Assembly: GCF_001548275.1 (NCBI RefSeq)
Contig: NZ_AP014945.1
Coordinates: forward strand, 1,590,001-1,622,000
DNA length: 32,000 nucleotides
Source: Caldimicrobium thiodismutans
Lineage (GTDB): Bacteria > Desulfobacterota > Thermodesulfobacteria > Thermodesulfobacteriales > Thermodesulfobacteriaceae
Direction of reading: 5' to 3'
Each line of letters begins with the position of its first letter. The stretch's first letter is position 1. The position numbers and the translations under genes were made by a program. The notes beneath the pieces were generated by a model, which was not told where the DNA came from, made no database searches, and was given only the letters and a program-made list of their open reading frames with translations. Below are positions 1-7,977 of this stretch, piece by piece.

Positions 1-247
1 GGGTTTTTCTTGGATGATGAGTGCTTCCAAAGGCAACAACACGGACATGTTTAAGATGATAATCCTTTATCTCTTTAAAAAATTGAAAATCCTTGGGATT
101 GGAACCAGGCCAGCCGCCTTCCAGATAATCTATCTTTAATTCATCAAGCTTAAGAGCAATTCTGATTTTATCTTCAACAGAAAAGTTGACCTCTTCAGCC
201 TGGGCTCCATCTCTTAATGTAGTATCATAAAGTTCTATTTTTTTCAT
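1..247 (-). CDS. cimA: Citramalate synthase / 2-isopropylmalate synthase family, N-terminal fragment running off the window
   Basis: Manual minus-strand translation from ATG (247-245) gives [61 protein letters not shown]... The [10 protein letters not shown] and [11 protein letters not shown] signatures are typical of CimA/LeuA. It is absent from the ORF track because it is truncated. Confidence 0.75.
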   Translation of the reverse strand, partial: MKKIELYDTTLRDGAQAEEVNFSVEDKIRIALKLDELKIDYLEGGWPGSNPKDFQFFKEIKDYHLKHVRVVAFGSTHHPRKT

Positions 248-270
248 TTTATTTTTCTCTTAAAAGGGGT

Positions 271-1500
271 TTATTTTTCTTCCTTAGCACCTTCTTCCAA
301 TCCAAAGGCCTCATGTAAGGCCCTAACAGCAAGTTCTGTATATTTTTCATCTATAACACAGGATATTTTAATTTCACTGGTTGAGATCATCATAATATTT
401 ATACCGTGCTTGGCCAAGGTTTCAAACATCTTGTTAGCAACTCCTGAATGGGTGCGCATGCCTGCTCCAATAATAGAGACTTTGGCAATCTTATCATCTC
501 CTTCAATACGCTCAACCCCCAGTTCTTCACAGACCCTTTTTATGATTTCCAGAGCCTGTTTAAAGTCTGTCCTTGGAACGGTAAAAGTAAGATCAGCCTT
601 GCTATCAGGCCTTCCCGTTTGAATTATCATATCCACATTGATTCCTGCTTCCCCTATAGGCCCAAAGATTTTAGCTGCAACCCCTGGTTTATCCGGAACC
701 CCATAGAGGCTTATTCTGGCTTCATTTCTATTGTAAGTTACTCCTGAGACAAGAACCTTTTCCATCTCTGCATCCTCCTCGGTTATTAAAGTGCCCTCTG
801 CATAATTAAAACTTGAACGCACCACCAATGGCACCTTATAAATCATAGCAAGCTCAACGGACCTCATTTCAAGCACTTTGGCTCCTGAGCTTGCCATCTC
901 AAGCATTTCTTCATAAGAGACCTTGGGAAGTTTTCTGGCATTTGGAACTATTCTTGGATCTGCGGTATAAACCCCTTCTACATCTGTATAAATCTCGCAA
1001 AGATCTGCCTTAAGGGCAGCAGCCAGAGCTACAGCAGTGGTATCAGAGCCCCCTCTTCCAAGGGTAGTAATATCCCCCATTTCAGTTACTCCCTGAAAAC
1101 CAGCTACAACAACTATTTTATTTTCAGATAATTCCCTTTTTATCTTTTCAATCTTAATATCTTTAATCCTTGCCTTGGTAAAAAGATCAGTGGTAAAGAT
1201 GGGCACCTGATATCCTAATAGGGATACCGATTTATAGCCCATACTTTGTAAGGTTATAGCTAAAAGGGATGAAGTAACCTGCTCTCCTGTTGAGACAAGC
1301 ATATCAAGTTCTCTAAGGGGTGGTTCAGGAGTAATATCCTTAGCCAGCTTGATAAGACGATCCGTTTCTCCTGCCATGGCTGAGACAACCACCACAAGTT
1401 CATGCCCTTTTTTCTTGTATTGGGCAATTCTTTCAGCTACCTTTCTGATCCTTTCAAGGTTAGCAACGGATGTTCCACCATATTTTTGGACAATTAGCAT
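271..1500 (-). CDS. lysC: Aspartate kinase
   Basis: 409 aa. Starts with the N-terminal motif VQKYGGTSV, has an amino-acid kinase core (GRGGSDTTA) and two C-terminal ACT-like regions. Confidence 0.95.
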   Translation of the reverse strand: MLIVQKYGGTSVANLERIRKVAERIAQYKKKGHELVVVVSAMAGETDRLIKLAKDITPEPPLRELDMLVSTGEQVTSSLLAITLQSMGYKSVSLLGYQVPIFTTDLFTKARIKDIKIEKIKRELSENKIVVVAGFQGVTEMGDITTLGRGGSDTTAVALAAALKADLCEIYTDVEGVYTADPRIVPNARKLPKVSYEEMLEMASSGAKVLEMRSVELAMIYKVPLVVRSSFNYAEGTLITEEDAEMEKVLVSGVTYNRNEARISLYGVPDKPGVAAKIFGPIGEAGINVDMIIQTGRPDSKADLTFTVPRTDFKQALEIIKRVCEELGVERIEGDDKIAKVSIIGAGMRTHSGVANKMFETLAKHGINIMMISTSEIKISCVIDEKYTELAVRALHEAFGLEEGAKEEK

Positions 1501-1503
1501 TTC

Positions 1504-1821
1504 TCAACTCCTTTCCTCAGAGTCCTTTTCAAATTTTCCCCAAACAGGGTCTTCTCCAAAGTGTTGGAACCAGAAATCAGCTGGATCTGAACCAGCTGGA
1601 TTAGGTTTTAATTCAACCTTATAATTATCACAGTAATCCATGAGTAGTTGATAAGCCTCATTGAGGGCCTTCATCTTTTCAGGATCCCCACCTTTGTCAG
1701 GATGAAGCTCCTTGGCCAGAGCATGATATTTTTCCACAATCTCTTTGCGGGTAGTTATTAAGGGTAATTTTAAAAATTTTCTTGCCCTCTCAAGAGCTTC
1801 CCATTTTTCCTTCCAGTTCAT
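1504..1821 (-). CDS. Small J-domain (DnaJ-like) protein
   Basis: 105 aa with YHALAKELHPDKGGDPEKMKALNEAYQLL (HPD tripeptide in a J-domain helix II/III context). No Gly/Phe or zinc-finger regions. Its stop lies 3 nt upstream of the lysC start. Confidence 0.8.
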   Translation of the reverse strand: MNWKEKWEALERARKFLKLPLITTRKEIVEKYHALAKELHPDKGGDPEKMKALNEAYQLLMDYCDNYKVELKPNPAGSDPADFWFQHFGEDPVWGKFEKDSEERS

Positions 1822-1833
1822 ATTAAATATTTA

Positions 1834-1861
1834 ATAATAAAGGCTTTTCGGAAAAATACAA
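1834..1861 (-). promoter_or_regulatory. Candidate sigma70-type promoter for the J-domain/lysC/cimA unit (TTGTAT-16-TATTAT)
   Basis: The minus strand reads TTGTAT (1861-1856), a 16-nt spacer, then TATTAT (1839-1834). The ATG at 1821 follows about 12 nt later with no Shine-Dalgarno, suggesting a very short leader. The -35 box sits 5 nt beyond the conserved end of repeat copy A. Confidence 0.35.
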
Positions 1862-1866
1862 GATTT

Positions 1867-2174
1867 CAAATTGCCTCACTAAAAATTTATTTGAAAATTT
1901 ATCGTTGCCTCATATAAAAAATTTTTCAATTTCAATTGAGCAAAGTTCTTAAAACTTTACGGAAAAACTATCTATTTTGCTTTTTTTAAATTCAAAAAAG
2001 GTGGACCTTAAGTCCCTTGGCAAAGCTTATTTCAGAGGAAAGAGTGGGTAAGGAGCTTTGCAGAAAGATAAGGCGATATCAGAAAATGCTTGAGAGAGCA
2101 TATTTAAAGAAAAAAGGAAATATTTTCGGGGAAAAATTGACAATAAAAAGGAGGGGAAGGTAAAATAATTTCCC
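1867..2174 (+). repeat. Intergenic cassette, copy A (about 300 bp, family of three in this window)
   Basis: Shares a left block with copy B (CAAATTGCCTCA..TTATCGTTGCCTCATATAAAAAAT, 24-nt exact run). Shares a right block with copy C (GGGAAAAATTGACAATAAAAAGGA, 24-nt exact run, plus GATATCAGAAAATG). The central part diverges. Confidence 0.85.
2137..2166 (+). promoter_or_regulatory. Candidate sigma70-type promoter at the right end of copy A (TTGACA-18-TAAAAT)
   Basis: Consensus -35 TTGACA at 2137-2142, an 18-nt spacer, then TAAAAT at 2161-2166. It points toward the 3' end of the convergent AMMECR1 gene. No annotated gene lies downstream. Confidence 0.45.
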
Positions 2175-2274
2175 TTTAGGAAATTAAATGAGGCATTACG
2201 GATTTAAATCCATTTTTCTTGGGTTTAGCAAAGGAGAGAACTTGCATGCTTCAGACAGAATTTAATTTCTTTGA

Positions 2275-2829
2275 CTATTCATTTTCAGTGAAGACTTCAG
2301 CTGTAAAGAGATAGATCTCGGTATCGGGGTCAAGATAGCAGTCCTCAGGAAGACCTGCTTTTAGGCAGGCATGTCTAAGAAAGGTCTCTGCATCCCAATT
2401 ATACTCAATGGCTACTTGAGGTAAGAGCAGTCCCTGATAATAGCCTCTTTTAATAAGGATTCCATGCTTTCCAACCTCAAGTTTTTCTGGGTCTGCCTTA
2501 ACAAGGGGGGAAAGGAGGGAGATTTCAATTTCTATTTCAGAGAGTTCCTCTTTTTTGAGGGGAGGAAAACGGGGATCCCGTAAGGCTGAGGAAAGGGCTA
2601 TCTCACAAATTTCTTCATAAAGAGGCTGCTGGGGATGGATATTTCCAATACATCCCCTTAGGTTTTTTCCTTTCCAGAAGGTAACAAAGGCCCCTCTCCT
2701 CTCAAAAAGGTGTGGATATTTTTCTTCAGGCAAGGGAGGAGAGGGGCTAAAGGGTTTGCCTTCAAAATAGGAGTTTAAGGCCTCTCTTATTAGTTTGAAA
2801 AGATAATGCTTTTCCTCGTCAGAAAGCAT
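2275..2829 (-). CDS. AMMECR1 domain protein
   Basis: 184 aa with the LRGCIGNI motif and the length typical of the AMMECR1 family. Confidence 0.85.
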   Translation of the reverse strand: MLSDEEKHYLFKLIREALNSYFEGKPFSPSPPLPEEKYPHLFERRGAFVTFWKGKNLRGCIGNIHPQQPLYEEICEIALSSALRDPRFPPLKKEELSEIEIEISLLSPLVKADPEKLEVGKHGILIKRGYYQGLLLPQVAIEYNWDAETFLRHACLKAGLPEDCYLDPDTEIYLFTAEVFTENE

Positions 2830-2835
2830 TTAATC

Positions 2836-3594
2836 CTAAGAGGGCTTTCCCAATTTACTCAGAATGAATTCTGCCGGGAGGACTCCACTTTTAATCTCTC
2901 CGTCTGGGAAGACAAAAGTAGGTGTCCCGCGCACTCCCAATTTCTGCATAAGCTGAATGGAGTCAGTTACCTTTTTGGTTCCCTCGGCACACTGATTTTT
3001 ACTGAGATAACCATTTTTTAATCCCTCAAAGCCTTTCTTGTCGCATAGAATGGAGATAGATTTGGCCTTAGCTTCTGGATGAATGGGTTCCAGAGGAAAG
3101 AGGATCACCTTTACTGAGAGCTTACCAGCTTTAACAAGTTCCTCAAGAATAGCTTCTGCCTTTTTACAGAAGGGACAATCTGGATCTGTAATTAGGTAAA
3201 TACTTGCAGGAGCTTGCCCCCAAGTAAAGGCAACAACCTTTTCCAGTTCCTGAAGAGTCTCTTTGGGAAGAACCCGTTTGTTTAAAAAGGCCAATTTTTC
3301 TGAAGTAAGATTTTTCTTGCTTGAGAGTTCAATAATGTTTCCACTAACTATAAATTGGCCTTTAGAGTCAGTGTAAAAGAGGGCCTTATCAGTATCAGAA
3401 ACCTTCACAATAACCTCGCAGAGACCAGCAACAGGAGATTTTTCAATTTTTTCTAAGGAGATTCCCTTCTGAATAGTATCCAGAGTCTTTTGAAAGTCCT
3501 CAATCTTTGGACAGTTAAAGGACTGGGAAACCCCTCCTTTACAGGAGAGAAAAAGTAAGGAAACAAGTGTTAACAAAGGAATCTTTTTTTTCAT
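2836..3594 (-). CDS. DsbC/DsbG-like thiol:disulfide interchange lipoprotein
   Basis: Signal peptide with lipobox (LLFLSC), an N-terminal dimerisation-like region, and a thioredoxin fold with CPFC and a downstream GTP (cis-Pro) motif. Confidence 0.75.
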   Translation of the reverse strand: MKKKIPLLTLVSLLFLSCKGGVSQSFNCPKIEDFQKTLDTIQKGISLEKIEKSPVAGLCEVIVKVSDTDKALFYTDSKGQFIVSGNIIELSSKKNLTSEKLAFLNKRVLPKETLQELEKVVAFTWGQAPASIYLITDPDCPFCKKAEAILEELVKAGKLSVKVILFPLEPIHPEAKAKSISILCDKKGFEGLKNGYLSKNQCAEGTKKVTDSIQLMQKLGVRGTPTFVFPDGEIKSGVLPAEFILSKLGKPS

Positions 3595-3645
3595 TAAAAA
3601 CTCCCCCCTTTTTATAGTTTTTTATGTAACCTATTAAATTAAATT

Positions 3646-4173
3646 TTACACCCATTCTTTTAAAACAAAAGTCTCAAGAGGAAACCTTTCTGTTCTTTTA
3701 CTTTTATCATCAGGATAACCAAGGGCAAGCATAGCCACCATTTCAAAATCAGAAACAGGTAAACCCAGAGCTTCTTTAACTTTATCTTCATTTTTTAAAA
3801 TCTCCCCCAGCCAACATGTGCCAAGGCCCAGGGCATAGGCCATAAGCATCATATTCTGAAGACAGGCTCCTGCTGATTGATGATCTTTAATCTGGTGATA
3901 CATGGCGCTTTTGTCCAAAAAGACTCCTATTAAGACCGGTGCCTTTTTTAACATCCCTCCATAAATAGTAAATTTTGAAAGTTTTTCTTTGATTTCATCA
4001 TTCCAAATAATTACAAATCTCCAGGGCTGGTTGTTGTGCCCTGAAGGTGCCCAAATACCTGCCTCAATTATTCTCAAAATATCTTCTTTTTTAGGCTTTT
4101 CAGGGAGAAACTTTCGGATACTTCTTCTCCCAAAGATAGCCTCAATAACGGAGATAGCCTGTTTGTCGGACAT
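3646..4173 (-). CDS. Nitroreductase family protein
   Basis: 175 aa. RRSIRKF near the N-terminus, PSGHNNQPW, and a typical small NAD(P)H-flavin nitroreductase layout. Confidence 0.8.
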   Translation of the reverse strand: MSDKQAISVIEAIFGRRSIRKFLPEKPKKEDILRIIEAGIWAPSGHNNQPWRFVIIWNDEIKEKLSKFTIYGGMLKKAPVLIGVFLDKSAMYHQIKDHQSAGACLQNMMLMAYALGLGTCWLGEILKNEDKVKEALGLPVSDFEMVAMLALGYPDDKSKRTERFPLETFVLKEWV

Positions 4174-4849
4174 ATCTTCTTGGTTCTCCTGCTATTTCTA
4201 AGATCCGTAGGACCTCTTTGCGGATTTCCTCAAGGAGGCCTTTATCTTCTTCATAGGCAAGTTTAACTTTTTCTCCCTTTAATAAGGCTACCGTTTTCGC
4301 TACAAGCAGACCCACATTAATGGCATTCAAGAGATCCTTATCATCCCAGAGAGAAGTTTTACTTTTATAGGAATAAGCAATTGCCCATGGTGGAATCACC
4401 GCCCCCATAGAGTTAAGGGTTGTGATAAGATAACCACCTGTCATAATAGCTCCGGTGTCAGCACCCACAACAACTGCACCAACCACCTTTCCTTCCATGT
4501 AGCTCGGCTCTCCATAGGCAACCATGTTTTCAAGTGAGGTCATCCGATCAAGGAGATTTTTCATAACCCCAGAGGGAGCAAACCAGTAAATAGGAGTAGC
4601 AAAAATGATTCCCTCTGCCTCATAAATCTTCTGAAGAAGAAATTTTCCATAATCTTCATAGATACAGGGGAATTTGCACTCCGGTCCTTCATTCTGGATG
4701 CATCCAGCACAGGGTTTAATCTCTCCATCATAAAGGGAATACCACTCAGTGTTGGCCTTTAATTTTTCTGCTGCCCTGAGGGCTGAAAAAAGAAGTTGGG
4801 CTGTGCCTCCCTTTTTATGAGGGCTTCCAAGGAGACCAAGAATCTTCAT
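4142..4849 (-). CDS. Iron-sulfur flavoprotein-like / NADPH-dependent FMN reductase (flavodoxin fold)
   Basis: MKILGLLGSPHKKGGT N-terminus (FMN_red type) plus a compact Cys cluster CAGCIQNEGPECKFPC, as in Isf proteins. The 3' end overlaps the nitroreductase start by 32 nt. Confidence 0.7.
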   Translation of the reverse strand: MKILGLLGSPHKKGGTAQLLFSALRAAEKLKANTEWYSLYDGEIKPCAGCIQNEGPECKFPCIYEDYGKFLLQKIYEAEGIIFATPIYWFAPSGVMKNLLDRMTSLENMVAYGEPSYMEGKVVGAVVVGADTGAIMTGGYLITTLNSMGAVIPPWAIAYSYKSKTSLWDDKDLLNAINVGLLVAKTVALLKGEKVKLAYEEDKGLLEEIRKEVLRILEIAGEPRRYVRQTGYLRY

Positions 4850-5748
4850 AGCTCTAAAGCCTCCTTCCAGAACTTGGGAAGGGCAAAGGAGGCCTGGTGG
4901 ATTTCAAAGGTATAATATCTGGTATTACTGAGTTCAATACCTTTGGGAAACTGGGGATTTTTAAAAGGACATTTCATGATAAAGGCATTGTCACTTCCAA
5001 AGGAAGGAACATTAGCCCGATAAATATAAATCTCTTCTTCAGGATAGACCTCTTTATAAATCCTGTAAACACCAGTAAGGATATTTTTCATAGTAAAGGG
5101 AGTTCCGCATTGCTGAACAATGATTCCGGTAGGGCAGATTTTTTTTAATTTGGCATGAAAATCAACTCCAAAGAGGGCATGGGAGAGCTCTTGGGTGGTT
5201 TCCCCGATATCCGGGTCTGTAGAATCAATAATTATGAGATCAAAGGTCTTTTCTTCTTGAAGATATTGGTTAACAATTACATAGGCATCTTCAGTAATAA
5301 GTTTTAATCTTTTGTCTTCAGGATCTTCCGGGAGTAATTCAGGAAAATATTCCCTTACAAGCTTAGGAATTTTTGGATCAATGTCAACAATGATGACTTC
5401 TTGCACAGAGGGATATTTGAGGGCTTCTCTTGCAGCGCCAAAGTCTCCCCCTCCACAGATGAGAACCCTTTTTATGAATCCCTCCGGTGCACTTTGAATG
5501 GGTATGTGCACCAGGGCTTCGTGATAAACAAACTCATCCCTTGAGGTGAACTGAAGGTTGTTATTTATAAAGAGGAGTCTTCCCCAGAATTTATGTTCAA
5601 GAATATATATATTTTGAAGACCTGATTCTCCATAAATAATGCGACTTATGTAGCCAAAGAGATAGTCTTCATTGACATATTCTCCATAGAAAACCTTTAC
5701 TCCTTTACCTTCAGTTTTCATAGCAGGAGACATGATCTCTTTCTTCAT
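4846..5748 (-). CDS. speE: Spermidine synthase-like polyamine aminopropyltransferase
   Basis: VLICGGGDFGAAREALKY (SAM-fold glycine motif), IIIDSTDP, and overall SpeE architecture. Start chosen at the ATG (5748) preceded by GGAGAGG on the minus strand. The ORF track extends to 5790. Confidence 0.75.
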   Translation of the reverse strand: MKKEIMSPAMKTEGKGVKVFYGEYVNEDYLFGYISRIIYGESGLQNIYILEHKFWGRLLFINNNLQFTSRDEFVYHEALVHIPIQSAPEGFIKRVLICGGGDFGAAREALKYPSVQEVIIVDIDPKIPKLVREYFPELLPEDPEDKRLKLITEDAYVIVNQYLQEEKTFDLIIIDSTDPDIGETTQELSHALFGVDFHAKLKKICPTGIIVQQCGTPFTMKNILTGVYRIYKEVYPEEEIYIYRANVPSFGSDNAFIMKCPFKNPQFPKGIELSNTRYYTFEIHQASFALPKFWKEALEL

Positions 5749-5904
5749 AGAACCTCTCCTCTTGAAGGCCTTTGAGTAAAGATTTAACATTAATTTAAAT
5801 CATCTCCCCCTTTTGTCAATCTTTTTGTATGCGTCCATATCTTTTGAGACTCTATAGGATTTTTTCTACTACTTCTGTTGGGGGAAAATGAACCTGTATT
5901 TTGT

Positions 5905-6060
5905 TGGGGCAAACCTATGTGGTTGCCCTCATTTGGAAAATCTATGTGTTTGCCTGTTATATGTTTTTTACATTAATGTAGGGGTTCAAAATCTCGAACC
6001 CCAACAAGGGTTTAAAATTTTAAACCCTTACATTGGGCAGTCACTATGTGTTTGCCCCTC
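5905..6060 (+). repeat. Left arm of imperfect inverted repeats flanking the AAA-ATPase gene
   Basis: Contains GGGGCAAACCTATGTGGTTGCCC and three copies of CTATGTG(G/T)TTGCC (5915, 5942, 6044). Also holds the hairpin GGGGTTCAAAATCTCGAACCCC (5981-6002) and the perfect palindrome GGGTTTAAAATTTTAAACCC (6008-6027). Confidence 0.8.
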
Positions 6061-6132
6061 TTTTAACCTCTCACTTCTCACCTCTTACCACACTTCCTTT
6101 TTTTTAAGGATCTGAACTTATGCTATTAGACC

Positions 6133-7683
6133 TTAATTTAATTTTTCCCAGAAATAGCCCTTGATATTCCTCCCCCCTGAAGAAAATTCAATCCCTATAA
6201 GATAAATCTCTTTGAATGAACCCTCATATTTCTTATGATACCCCTTCTCCTTAAGTTGAGCTAAGGCTTTAGCTTCTGTCTCTTCTCCCTCAACCACCTT
6301 GAACTCAAAAAGATAAACTCTTTCTCTGTATAGCACCGTCAAATCTATCTGCCCCTTATTTGTTATATCCTCAGGTATCACCTCAAGCCCTGACCCACAC
6401 AAAAAGGCATAAAAACAACTTGCATAATACCCCTCATAACGAAAAAGCTCATTCTTCCTGAACCAATCATGGGGTATCCCTGCATAAAGACTCTCAAGAA
6501 CCTTCTTCATCTTCTCAAAATCCCTCTCCCTCACTGCCTCAATCATCTTAAGAGATAGCCTTGGTCTTTCTGAACTGAGCTGAGTAAAATAAGAAAAAAG
6601 AACTCTATTTAAACTAATCTTTACCTCTTTATTCGGATAAGAAAGCTTATAGAGAATTAACCCTTCCTCTTCAATAGTTTCTTTAATGGTCAAATAACCC
6701 ACCTGAAAGAGAAGGTTTTCTGGTTCAATATAGTCAAGGTCAAAAGAGCCAATAAGGTCATCAGTTGCAGTTAGGTCTTCAAGCTCGGGAAGATAAAAAC
6801 GCTTCTCAAGAAGAAGCTTTATAAGAAAACTTGGAGTCCCAGTTTCAAACCAGTAGGGGTGGAATTTTTTTTCCTCTAAATAGAGAAGGACATCAAAGGG
6901 ATTATAGAGAGGCTCTCCAAGCCAGGAATAACCATTATACCAGCATTTAATAAGCTTTAAGTCTTTATCTTGTAGTTCTTCTCCAAAGACCTCTTCAAGC
7001 TCTTCTTGAGTGTATCCGCAGATAGTTGCATACTCCTTGCTTATAGTAATGTCTCTTAACTGATTTAGCCCTGAAAAAAGAGAAACCTTTGAGAATTTGG
7101 AAACTCCCGTTAGGAAAACAAATTTTAAATAAGCATCAAGGGGCTTAAGAACACTATAAAAGTTCTTGAGGACATCTCTTATTGCCTTTGCGGTTTCTCT
7201 ATCCTCAATGCAATCAAGAATGGGTTTATCATACTCATCAACAAGAACTACAACTTTTTGCTTATACTTCTCATAACTTTTAAGAATTAATTCCTCAAAA
7301 CAGCTATCATATTGTGTTTTCTTTGAACAGGAGACTCCAAGGGTTTCTTGATTTTTCTCAAGCTGTTCAAGAATATAAGTTATTAAATGTTCCTCTCCTT
7401 TGAGGGTTCTTCCCCCAAAATCAATATGAATAACAGGATATTTAACACTCCAGTCCCAGTGTTTCTCAAGATAGAGCCCCTGGAAAAGCTCTTTTCTTCC
7501 AAGGAAAGCCTGTTTCAGGGTATCCACAAAAAGGGATTTTCCAAATCTCCTCGGGCGAGAGAGAAAATAATAAGTTCCCTCTTCAACAAGCTTTGCAACA
7601 AAAGGAGTCTTATCCACATAATAATAGGGTTCACTTCTAATCTTTTCAAAGCTTGAAATTCCAATGGGAAGTTTTTTCTCCAT
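6133..7683 (-). CDS. AAA-ATPase-like domain + PD-(D/E)XK nuclease-like C-terminal domain protein (uncharacterised family)
   Basis: 516 aa. The N-terminus LPIGISSFEKIR..YYYVDKT..YFLSRPRRFGKSL matches the predicted AAA-ATPase (PF09820-type) signature. The C-terminus GQIDLTVLYRERVYLFEFKV resembles the D...ExK core of PDDEXK_9-type domains. Confidence 0.8.
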   Translation of the reverse strand: MEKKLPIGISSFEKIRSEPYYYVDKTPFVAKLVEEGTYYFLSRPRRFGKSLFVDTLKQAFLGRKELFQGLYLEKHWDWSVKYPVIHIDFGGRTLKGEEHLITYILEQLEKNQETLGVSCSKKTQYDSCFEELILKSYEKYKQKVVVLVDEYDKPILDCIEDRETAKAIRDVLKNFYSVLKPLDAYLKFVFLTGVSKFSKVSLFSGLNQLRDITISKEYATICGYTQEELEEVFGEELQDKDLKLIKCWYNGYSWLGEPLYNPFDVLLYLEEKKFHPYWFETGTPSFLIKLLLEKRFYLPELEDLTATDDLIGSFDLDYIEPENLLFQVGYLTIKETIEEEGLILYKLSYPNKEVKISLNRVLFSYFTQLSSERPRLSLKMIEAVRERDFEKMKKVLESLYAGIPHDWFRKNELFRYEGYYASCFYAFLCGSGLEVIPEDITNKGQIDLTVLYRERVYLFEFKVVEGEETEAKALAQLKEKGYHKKYEGSFKEIYLIGIEFSSGGRNIKGYFWEKLN

Positions 7684-7723
7684 AGTTTTATTTTAAGGCT
7701 TCTTTTTTGAAAAATCAATGTTA

Positions 7724-7858
7724 GTAGGGGTTCAAGATTTTGAACTCCTACATTTAATCGCAATCAATTTTTATTAATATAGAGGTCAGAGCTGTGGGGG
7801 TTGCCACATTGATGCGAAAGAACACATAACAGGCAAACACAGAGGTTTGCCCCTACCG
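7724..7858 (-). repeat. Right arm of imperfect inverted repeats flanking the AAA-ATPase gene
   Basis: The reverse complement reads GGGGCAAACCTCTGTGTTTGCCTGTTATGTGTTCTTT ... ATGTAGGAGTTCAAAATCTTGAACCCC, matching left-arm blocks in the same order. The ORF track shows the same peptides on opposite strands (VGANLC.C and NVGVQNLEP). Confidence 0.8.
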
Positions 7859-7977
7859 CAATCCATACACAAAATTTAATACCACCGCAGGGGGAAAGAG
7901 GAGAGATTGAGTTTTTAAAACCCAGATATGTGTTAAAATAAAATATCTCGAACCCTTTGAGATCATTGGAGGAGAAA

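Noticed and set aside
410-1624. Plus-strand ORFs 410-622, 448-747 and 1349-1624, antisense to lysC and the J-domain gene.
   Set aside because: These are shadow ORFs inside strongly supported minus-strand genes. They have low-complexity translations and no RBS.
5905-6060. Possible CRISPR array or tRNA fragment, because of the repeated hairpins and a GGTTCAAAATC string resembling a T-arm.
   Set aside because: There is no regular repeat-spacer periodicity. Only 2-3 heterogeneous units are present, no cloverleaf can be drawn, and no cas genes are nearby.
5888-6115. 75-aa plus-strand ORF, together with the minus-strand ORFs 7515-7763 and 7764-8024, sharing Cys-rich peptides (VGANLC.C, NVGVQNLEP).
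   Set aside because: The shared peptides are simply translations of the inverted-repeat arms. The ORFs have no RBS and odd composition, and 7515-7763 overlaps the AAA-ATPase gene in another frame. Treated as non-coding repeat DNA.
7860-7977. Looked for a T-box or other leader structure, or an attenuator, upstream of ileS.
   Set aside because: No specifier or T-box motif, or terminator/antiterminator pair, is recognisable. There is only a possible extended -10 (TGTTAAAAT at 7931-7939) and the partial hairpin repeat.
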